Positions 18,175 through 24,855 of a stretch of 63,364 nt of DNA are shown piece by piece. Positions within the stretch are counted from its first letter, which is position 1, and each line of letters starts with the position of its first letter. The notes beneath the pieces were generated by a model. The model did not search any database. It was not told the DNA's origin and saw only the letters and a program-made list of their open reading frames with translations. The stretch is from Luteitalea sp. (GTDB taxonomy: Bacteria > Acidobacteriota > Vicinamibacteria > Vicinamibacterales > CAVVIG01): assembly GCA_009380045.1 (NCBI GenBank), contig WHSN01000005.1, positions 1-63,364 on the forward strand, read 5' to 3'. The position numbers were made by a program, and so were the translations under genes.

Positions 18175-18561
18175 CTACGCTCGGGGAGGAGGTGAACCGG
18201 GAGTGTAGACGCCAAACACGCGAGAAATGGGGCAGCTCGCGACCCGCGACTGCGAGAGCCCGGGCCCAGTGCAGCTGGGGCTGGAGGAGAGGATGCCAGC
18301 GCCGCCGGCAAGCGACAGCAATGCGACGTCGGGCGCCGCACATGCGTTCTGGAGCCTGCAGCGGCCGTCGTTGCCGGGTTGCGCCTGCAGTTTGTCGTGG
18401 ATCGGGCACGTGCCGCCTCGATCGCCGCCGGGACACGAGCAGTGGTCCTCAGCCGCTGGGTTATGCGGGATGCGCAGCGTCAACGGCGCCGAGAGCCCTG
18501 CGGTCTGAAGGAGAACCCAGAACACCGCAATCGCAGACAGACGCTTCCGGAGCCTGACCAC
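18175..18561 (-). CDS. hypothetical exported Cys/His-rich protein
   Basis: Signal-like MVRLRKRLSAIAVFWVLLQTAGLSA, then HCSCPGGDRGGTCPIHDK..CRLQNAC. Lies at the head of the copper gene string. I do not recognise a family with confidence. Confidence 0.4.
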   Translation of the reverse strand: MVRLRKRLSAIAVFWVLLQTAGLSAPLTLRIPHNPAAEDHCSCPGGDRGGTCPIHDKLQAQPGNDGRCRLQNACAAPDVALLSLAGGAGILSSSPSCTGPGLSQSRVASCPISRVFGVYTPGSPPPRA

Positions 18562-19062
18562 CTCCGTTGAAGCATAGCATTGACGCGCCGGAACTGCACC
18601 CGCCGGTCGCTTCCCTTGCGTTCCCCTTCCGCCGCCGGGGCTGCATATCTTCCGCGACGAAGAACTTAGTCGCCAAGCGCCGAGAGTTTTCTGAGGGAGC
18701 TCGCGTCGGCCGAGGCCGGAGAGTGGTGACGCTCTTGCTATATGGCTGGGATGGACGAACGGCGCAGGAACCCCGAACGAAGAACGCTCGTGACGAGCGG
18801 TCGCCGCGAGACCGACCCGCGGCCAGACCAGTGCATCTGCATCGAGACCCGCGAAGAGGTGGCACGACTGAGGGCGGTTGTCCAGATTCTGGTGGACGCG
18901 GTGCAGGCTCTCACAGCCGCCAGAACCAGACCGTAGCTATTCCGTTGTCCCCGCCGATCTGTTCGCCACCCTGTTCCCTGCAGTCCCCGGTCATCACCAG
19001 CCCCTGGTCGGTTTGAAGCTTCGACGCTCGCCTGACGATGCCCTCGTCGTTGACGTCGTTCA

Positions 19063-19100
19063 ATCGACGTTCTATCGAGGTCCTATCGACGTTCTATCGA
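19063..19100. repeat. direct repeat: 2 x 16 bp ATCGACGTTCTATCGA, equivalent to four ATCGA pentamers at an exact 11-bp period
   Basis: Read directly. ATCGA starts at 19063, 19074, 19085 and 19096. Lies just downstream of the osmC-like stop. Confidence 0.9.
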
Positions 19101-19135
19101 ACTGTGTCGCCACGTCGCGAGCCGTCCAGCCCCGG

Positions 19136-19681
19136 TCAGCGGGCGGCCGCCGCCTCAGTCAATTCGACCGGCGACCCTTCATAGGTAATCGCGATCGGCA
19201 CCACGTGGCGAAGGGTGTTGAGCACCTGGCAGGCGCGGCCGGCGATCGTGATCAGCTTACGAACGAGCTCGGGATCCTGGCACTCGGCTGAGACATCCAT
19301 CGTGAACGCGGTGAAGCGCTCCGGCGCACCGTCGAGCGTGCCGGTGACCGCGACGCGGACATTGGTGACTTTCGCCTCCCGGGCGCGAATCGCCGCCAGC
19401 AGGTGGCTCGTGAAACACCCACCGAGCGACACCGGCATGTACTCGCCTCCCGCGGGCCCCAAATCGAGCCCGCCTTTCGCCACCGCTCGGTCAACGAGGA
19501 AGGTGTGGGTCCGCACCGTCGCCTTCGAGGTCGTGTGCGTGACATGTTCGATGACGGCCTTGAAAATGGTGCTCACGTCGAAATTCCTGTCCGTTCTGTG
19601 TCGTTGTTCACGCCGACCCGCGCTCGTCGCGGCGGCGCCAGACGACTTGCCGAGAATGACCGTCGTCATGGCTGGAGGCAA
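19136..19681 (-). CDS. OsmC family peroxiredoxin-like protein
   Basis: GGLDLGPAGGEYMPVSLGGCFTSHLL...ITIAGRACQVLNTL carries the two conserved Cys regions of OsmC/Ohr. Confidence 0.8.
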   Translation of the reverse strand: MPPAMTTVILGKSSGAAATSAGRREQRHRTDRNFDVSTIFKAVIEHVTHTTSKATVRTHTFLVDRAVAKGGLDLGPAGGEYMPVSLGGCFTSHLLAAIRAREAKVTNVRVAVTGTLDGAPERFTAFTMDVSAECQDPELVRKLITIAGRACQVLNTLRHVVPIAITYEGSPVELTEAAAAR

Positions 19682-19706
19682 GCGAAATGCTTGCTAGCCC
19701 GACAAT

Positions 19707-20195
19707 ATGGTGTTCAAAACGAAACAGAAGCCGGAGCCACTCTTGCGGCATGCTTTCGCTCGAGAAGCGAGGATGCAGGAGACCATCACCCGAAACGCCG
19801 ACTTGCGGAGCATTCTGACAGAAGCGCGACGCGCGCTGCAGGAGGAGGTGCACGGTCACCTTCGGGATGGCCGCACCGACCGGCCCAAAGAGGTTCGCGA
19901 CGAGATCGAGCGCTCCGACGCCGGCCTGCAGGGGGACATCGAGCTCGCGTTGCTTCAGATGAAGGCCAAGACCCTGGCCCGCATCGAGCAGGCGCTCGTT
20001 CGGCTCGATGCCGGCACATACGGAGCGTGCTCGGAGTGCGACACAGAGATCTCCGAGCGACGGCTGCGAGCGCTGCCGTTCGCGTCGCGATGCCAGTCAT
20101 GTGAAGGACGACGCGAACAGGAGCAAGGGGCCGCGCGGCGGGTCGCCCAGCGACGTGACAGCGGCGCCCTCTTCTCGGACGTCATCAGGCCCTGA
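19707..20195 (+). CDS. DksA/TraR family C4-type zinc-finger protein
   Basis: Coiled-coil region, then YGACSECDTEISERRLRALPFASRCQSCE (CxxC-N17-CxxC). The start may instead be the internal ATG at 19773. Confidence 0.8.
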   Translation: MVFKTKQKPEPLLRHAFAREARMQETITRNADLRSILTEARRALQEEVHGHLRDGRTDRPKEVRDEIERSDAGLQGDIELALLQMKAKTLARIEQALVRLDAGTYGACSECDTEISERRLRALPFASRCQSCEGRREQEQGAARRVAQRRDSGALFSDVIRP

Positions 20196-20294
20196 CCGCC
20201 CACCCTCCAGACACCGTTCCCTCTTACAACTGATCGCATCGCGCAGAACTTCTGATCGCGTCGTCTCGGAACTTCCAAATCGCCTCGGCGCTAT

Positions 20295-20329
20295 CCTCCT
20301 CAGATGGCCTCCTCAGATGGCCTCCTCAG
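20295..20329. repeat. 13-nt tandem repeat CCTCCTCAGATGG x 2.7
   Basis: Read directly. Units at 20295-20307 and 20308-20320, with a partial unit at 20321-20329. A 13-nt period is incompatible with a coding repeat. Confidence 0.9.
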
Positions 20330-20444
20330 CTCGTGGTTTTGCGGAAATCGTGAAGTTGACCCGACTCACCATGCCCGTGCCCCAGATCTGGGCGAAACGC
20401 TGTTTACCTAATATTTACCTGGGAACCTGACGCCACAGCGACCC

Positions 20445-20464
20445 TTTTCCACAAGTTTTCCACA
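20445..20464 (+). promoter_or_regulatory. two tandem perfect TTTTCCACA 9-mers (DnaA-box-like), 2-nt spacer
   Basis: Read directly: TTTTCCACA at 20445-20453 and at 20456-20464. This is a one-mismatch variant of the TTATCCACA DnaA box. Function is unproven. Confidence 0.4.
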
Positions 20465-20634
20465 CGTATCGACGGAAAACTCGAAAGCGGGAATCTGTCA
20501 ATCGTCCTAATGTTTTCAATGGTTAAACACGTCCATGCAGTCCCTGGCGAGCCGGTGCCTGACCAGATTTGCACAGCCGGACGTCAACAGTGGACGAGCG
20601 GCCGGAAATGTGCCGGTACTCAGGGAGCACCCCA

Positions 20635-21147
20635 TCAATGATCCCGCTGCTTGCGCACGAGCCGGTAACGCACCGACGGTGAGCCGCCGCCTGCGTTACG
20701 TCGTAGCTCACGCTCAGCCTGAAACCAATCCTCTCGATCCTGTCCGCCATCCCCGCCCCGAGCCTGCCAGTGCGCATGCGCGCGCTCAGCAACCTGGCCT
20801 GTATCCTCCTCTTCGTATACGAACAGGAGATCGTGGCGGTCGAAGTTGTCGAACCACTCGTCCCACATGATGGGCCGCAGCGGCGCGAAGCCGGGGAAAT
20901 TGAACCGGATGCCGGCGCCGAGGTCGTTGATGTCACGGACCGCCGGCCCTGAGGCGGTGGCCTCTCCCGTCGCCGGCTCCGCCCCGTGCTTCGCAGCCCA
21001 TCGCATGATCTCTTCGCGATCGCAGGTCGCACACGTCCGAACGCCGGGCCGATCCTGCGGCAGATCTCCCGCCACGTCCGCAAGCCGATCCCTGCCCGCG
21101 CGTACCGTATCTTTCGGCTCCATCGGTCCCTCTGGTGCACGGTTCAT
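20635..21147 (-). CDS. hypothetical protein with C-terminal DUF2934-like motif
   Basis: CDREEIMRWAAKHGAEPA..IRFNFPGF..IMWDEWFDNFDRHDLLFVYEE is a widespread uncharacterised module. The tail AERAHAHWQARGG..DREDWFQAEREL resembles DUF2934. Start at ATG 21147, or alternatively 21123. Confidence 0.6.
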   Translation of the reverse strand: MNRAPEGPMEPKDTVRAGRDRLADVAGDLPQDRPGVRTCATCDREEIMRWAAKHGAEPATGEATASGPAVRDINDLGAGIRFNFPGFAPLRPIMWDEWFDNFDRHDLLFVYEEEDTGQVAERAHAHWQARGGDGGQDREDWFQAERELRRNAGGGSPSVRYRLVRKQRDH

Positions 21148-21271
21148 CCTGCCGCCCCGCCGTGCCCGGCAGCGGCAGTTCTGCCCACGCGCCGACACGC
21201 AAGGCTCACGCCGGGCACATCGGGGCAGTGTCGTCGGAGCCGGCACCGACGACACTGCGCAAGCCGCGGAG

Positions 21272-21739
21272 TTAAGGTTGAGCTGGTGCCACGATCTGAA
21301 TCGATGAGACGCAGTCGTTGAATGTGCCGCGGCACGGCCCTGGAACGCGGCGCAGATCGCGAAGGCTGGCGGCGACCTCGAATCGCTCGCCCGAGAAGCG
21401 CGGATCCGAGTACAAGATGGCGCGCCATCCGGGTGCGACGCCCAGCGAGGAGAGGCAGTTGCTCCACGTTTCGCTGCCAGCGGTGAACTCGGGGTCGTCG
21501 TGAGTGTCAACTTCACGGCAGGTGCTGGTAAACGCTCTCAAGTCGGCTATGTCAGCGGTAATGTGCGCCGACGCGCCGTGGTAGTTGATGTCGGTGTAGA
21601 TCACCATTCCCGAGGTGATGGCGGTTGGCGCGGGCGGCAGCGTCCGCGCACGGCACCCCGCGACCACGAGCAGGCCAACCGTGAGCAGGCTGACGGTCTG
21701 ACGTCGTCTCGGCCGAGGGTGAGCGCGCATGAACGGCAT
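21272..21739 (-). CDS. lipoprotein, beta/gamma-crystallin (peptidase inhibitor I36)-like, paralog A
   Basis: Lipobox LVVAGC. The body TSGMVIYTDINYHGASAHITADIADL..WSNCLSSLGVAPGWRAILYSDPRFSGERFEV..FNDCVSSIQIV is colinear with the neighbouring gene. Confidence 0.7.
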   Translation of the reverse strand: MPFMRAHPRPRRRQTVSLLTVGLLVVAGCRARTLPPAPTAITSGMVIYTDINYHGASAHITADIADLRAFTSTCREVDTHDDPEFTAGSETWSNCLSSLGVAPGWRAILYSDPRFSGERFEVAASLRDLRRVPGPCRGTFNDCVSSIQIVAPAQP

Positions 21740-21750
21740 GAGCGTCGCCA

Positions 21751-22176
21751 CTATCGGCGCAGCACGCGGATGGACGACACGCAGTCGTTGAAGCCACTGC
21801 CACAGCCGCCTGGCACCTCCCTCAAGTCGGGCACATCGGACGTCATTTCGACCTGCTCGTCCTTGAAGTTGTTGCCGGTGAACAAAATCGCCTTCCATCC
21901 CGGAGCCACACGCACCGACGACATGCAGTCGGACCACGTCAGGCTCCCAACCGAAAAGTAGGGGTCGTCGCCGGTGTCCTCGGTTTCGACGCAGGGACCG
22001 CCGTTTCGACCGAGGTAGGCCAGGCTCGCGGTGACATGGGCCGCCAGGCCACCGTAGCGCGCGTGCTGGTAGATCACGATCCCGCTCGTCAGCCGCGCAG
22101 GCGCCGGGGGCAGCGGCGCCTGCTCGCAGGCCGCCAGCAGCAGCAACACGACCGGGCCGCAACCGACGACGGTCAT
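21751..22176 (-). CDS. lipoprotein, beta/gamma-crystallin (peptidase inhibitor I36)-like, paralog B
   Basis: AAGGAG precedes ATG 22176. Lipobox LLAAC. TSGIVIYQHARYGGLAAHVTASLAYL..WSDCMSSVRVAPGWKAILFTGNNFKDEQVEM..FNDCVSSIRVL. Confidence 0.7.
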   Translation of the reverse strand: MTVVGCGPVVLLLLAACEQAPLPPAPARLTSGIVIYQHARYGGLAAHVTASLAYLGRNGGPCVETEDTGDDPYFSVGSLTWSDCMSSVRVAPGWKAILFTGNNFKDEQVEMTSDVPDLREVPGGCGSGFNDCVSSIRVLRR

Positions 22177-22198
22177 CTGTCTCCTTCTGGCGCTCACG

Positions 22199-22849
22199 CT
22201 AGAAGTCCCTGGGCTCGAAATGCTCGACCTGCTCGATCCGTTCGCCGAACGGATCATCCGGAAAGATGTTGACGATGCGCCCGGCGGTGATTGCGAGGAG
22301 AGGTCTCCCTCCAAGACGACGCAACCGGCCGGCGGTCGCCTGAACAGATGCGAGACCGTCAACGACATCGGCCACCAGGACGCAGTCAGCCATCACGACA
22401 CCGCCGGTATTGACCAGATTGTCGCTGAGCGCCTGCGGGTCGAGAGGACCGACCAGGCGCGGCACCGTGTGCAGAGGCTGACGCCAGCGGAGCACGTCGA
22501 GCAGCCGTCCGTCCGATCGCCGCGCCAACTCCGCCGCCAAGGCTCGAGAGGCCGACGGAAGCGATCCCACGACGCGATCTCTGCCAGGAATCGGCACGTA
22601 CACCGGCGACCGCCGTCCGACGATCTCCTGTACCGAGGGCCAGACCATTTCGCCAAACCATTCGACCACTTCGTCCCGTGTGGCGTTGGTCAACCGCTGC
22701 GGCAGCCGGCCGGGCACCGGAATCCATGCCGACCCGGTGAACCGCCGCCGCGCCACCGCGCGCATGAACTTGAAGGCGTTGTAGTCCTCCTGCCGCCAGT
22801 CGTGCAGCCGCCGCGTCATGCAGCTCACGCCCGATACGAGCGTGATCAT
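22199..22849 (-). CDS. ComF-like phosphoribosyltransferase-fold protein with degenerate PRPP loop
   Basis: VYVPIPGRDRVVGSLPSASRALAAELA...CVLVADVVDGLASVQATAGRLRRLGG..AITAGR follows the ComF/PRTase layout. The PRPP loop is VADVVDGLAS instead of VDDVxTTGAT, and there is no N-terminal Zn finger. Confidence 0.5.
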   Translation of the reverse strand: MITLVSGVSCMTRRLHDWRQEDYNAFKFMRAVARRRFTGSAWIPVPGRLPQRLTNATRDEVVEWFGEMVWPSVQEIVGRRSPVYVPIPGRDRVVGSLPSASRALAAELARRSDGRLLDVLRWRQPLHTVPRLVGPLDPQALSDNLVNTGGVVMADCVLVADVVDGLASVQATAGRLRRLGGRPLLAITAGRIVNIFPDDPFGERIEQVEHFEPRDF

Positions 22850-22877
22850 CGAGCAGATCTGATCGACGCGACCGACT

Positions 22878-23633
22878 TCATCGGTCCGAATCGGAGCCGC
22901 ACGGCTGGCCCGACACGGTCGAGAGGAAGATCGCCGGGTTCCTCCCCCTGCGGGTGACGGAGCGGGGCGTGCCGCGCGGCACGATGCTGAACCATCCAGG
23001 CGTCACGGGCTGCTCTTGATCTCCCAGCTTCATCGTCGCCTCGCCCGCCACCAGATACAGCATCTCGTCCTCGTCCGGACGAACGCCACTGGTGTGCGTT
23101 TCTCGGACGACCAGTAGCTCGGTCCGGCTGATACCAGAACATCCGATCGAGACCGTGCGCACGGCGTCGCGTCCGCCGAGCGATCGTTCGGCGAGATCGG
23201 GAATCGACAGGGTGCGTGCCGCGCCTGCTTCAACCGTGGGTACCGCCGGAGCCACAGGTTCGGGCGCCGGTGGGGGCGGAGGCGGAGCGACTGGGGGCGG
23301 TGGCGCCGGCGAGAGCGCCAGCTGCACGGTCGGAACGGGAGCGTTCCTCACCACGACCTCCCTCTCGAACGCGATGAAGCCCTCGCCTTCCGCACGCACG
23401 CGGTAGGTGCCTGCGGTCATCGTCCGTAGCGTCAACATCCCTTCGGGGTCCGTCGTCCCTTCCCGGCGTGACGTTCCCTCTGCAATCACCTGCGCGCCGG
23501 CGATCGGGGTGCCGGTCCGGTCGGTCACCTGCACGATGACTGTGGCGGTCTTTGGTGCCGGGGCCCGCCGGGGTGCAGCTGGCGCGGCCGGTTGCTGCAG
23601 CGCGAACACGAGCGCGACAAAGTAGCTGACCAT
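22878..23633 (-). CDS. exported protein: carboxypeptidase-regulatory-like domain, Pro-rich linker, cupin-like domain
   Basis: Signal MVSYFVALVFALQ. TATVIVQVTDRTGTPIAGAQVIAEG..DPEGMLTLRTMTAGTYRVRAEGEGF is CarboxypepD_reg-like. The linker is PAPPPPVAPPPPPPAPEP. The C-terminal region DEMLYLVAGEATMKLGDQE is cupin-like. Confidence 0.6.
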   Translation of the reverse strand: MVSYFVALVFALQQPAAPAAPRRAPAPKTATVIVQVTDRTGTPIAGAQVIAEGTSRREGTTDPEGMLTLRTMTAGTYRVRAEGEGFIAFEREVVVRNAPVPTVQLALSPAPPPPVAPPPPPPAPEPVAPAVPTVEAGAARTLSIPDLAERSLGGRDAVRTVSIGCSGISRTELLVVRETHTSGVRPDEDEMLYLVAGEATMKLGDQEQPVTPGWFSIVPRGTPRSVTRRGRNPAIFLSTVSGQPCGSDSDR

Positions 23634-23733
23634 CGATACCTCTTTTACACGGTAATCCGGCGCTGTCACTGACGGCAACAGAAGATTGTATATGGGCGGC
23701 CGGCCGCCGAACCGTCACGATGCATACTAGAGC

Positions 23734-24573
23734 ATGGGCGCATATCACCCGCAGGTGGTCCATTTCGCGATCGCACTCGTCTTTGCCGGGGTTGGCTTTC
23801 GGGTGCTGTCGCTGACCGGTCGAGCCGCGTTCAGCGGGCCGGCCGCGACGACGCTCATTCTGGCTGGCACCATCGCCAGCTTCCTCGCCGTGCAGTCGGG
23901 CACGGCGGCGCATGAGCCAGTTGAACGCATCCCGGGCGTTCGCGTGGCTGTTGCCGAGCACGAGACGTGGGGCGAGCGTGCGCGGAACACGTTCGTGCTG
24001 GTCTCCCTGGTCGAGCTCTGCGCTCTGACGCTGACCTGGCGTCAACATCGTCTCGGACGCGCGGTACGGCTCGGAGCCGCCGCGATCGGCGCCGCCGGCC
24101 TGATCGTGATGTTCGAGGCCGCTGAGCGTGGCGGCAACCTTGTCTACAGCTACGCCGGTGGCATCGGCATGCGCCAAGGCGATACCGAAGGCGTGAACCG
24201 CCTGTTCATCGCGGGCGCGCACGGCCAGGCAAGGCAGGACCTGCAAGCCGGTCGAACCGACGAGGCGATGACGTTGCTCAATCTCGCGGCGGCCCGCTTC
24301 CCCGAGAACCTCGAGCTCCAGCTGCTCGCGGCCGAGTGGACCAACGACGTGCAGGGCGATCCGGCGGCCTCGTTGCGCCAGCTCGACGCGCTCACCATTC
24401 CGCAGGATGACGATGAGTCCCGCATTCGCGCGGGAGTCGCGCGTGCGAATGCGCTGGCGACCCAGGGCAACGTCGCCGGGGCACGAGCGGTGCTGCAAAC
24501 GATCCAGGGCGAGTTTCCCGAGAGCGCCGCGGTGAGGGGCCGGCTCGAAGAACTGGGCGCCGCCGGGAAATAG
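23734..24573 (+). CDS. DUF2231-like membrane protein with C-terminal TPR-like region
   Basis: MGAYHPQVVHFAIALVFAGVGFRVL plus 3 further TM segments, then a helical repeat region (QARQDLQAGRTDEAMTLLNLAAARFPENLELQLL..). Confidence 0.65.
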   Translation: MGAYHPQVVHFAIALVFAGVGFRVLSLTGRAAFSGPAATTLILAGTIASFLAVQSGTAAHEPVERIPGVRVAVAEHETWGERARNTFVLVSLVELCALTLTWRQHRLGRAVRLGAAAIGAAGLIVMFEAAERGGNLVYSYAGGIGMRQGDTEGVNRLFIAGAHGQARQDLQAGRTDEAMTLLNLAAARFPENLELQLLAAEWTNDVQGDPAASLRQLDALTIPQDDDESRIRAGVARANALATQGNVAGARAVLQTIQGEFPESAAVRGRLEELGAAGK

Positions 24574-24855
24574 ACGACCAGACACGATCGAACGCTGGAG
24601 ACGCAGCACCGTACAGCGCCAGTCGCCGAACGTCCGTGCGTCCCCGGCACCCGGTCGCATCAGCGCCAGCAACTCGATCCGCCGGTCCGCCGGCACCCTG
24701 CCGCGCCAGTTTCCGAGCGCGCGGCTGAGGGACCAGCCTTGCAGGCTATAATCCGCGCGCCGCATGCCCGACGTCCCGCTCAACCGGCTGGCATTCGCGG
24801 ACTCCGGCCCGGTCGTCCAATCGATCTTCTCTTCGCCAACGCGTGAGGTGCTGAC

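Noticed and set aside
18911-19070. Small minus-strand ORF ending ..GEQIGGDNGIATVWFWRL as a lasso-peptide/RiPP precursor
   Set aside because: There is no ATG or SD, no Thr at the -2 leader position, no cyclase, protease or B-protein genes nearby, and it overlaps another small ORF. It is kept only as a note under the repeat finding.
20403-20464. Calling the DnaA-box pair a chromosomal origin (oriC), or the TTTACCT repeats a dif site
   Set aside because: There are only two boxes. No dnaA, dnaN or gidA context is present, no clear AT-rich 13-mer unwinding element exists, and there is no XerC/XerD-type palindromic arm structure. It is reported only as DnaA-box-like.
24747-24752. Perfect TATAAT about 100 nt upstream of lctP as a promoter -10 element
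   Set aside because: No acceptable -35 hexamer lies at 16-18 nt spacing, and a single hexamer is not enough to call a promoter.
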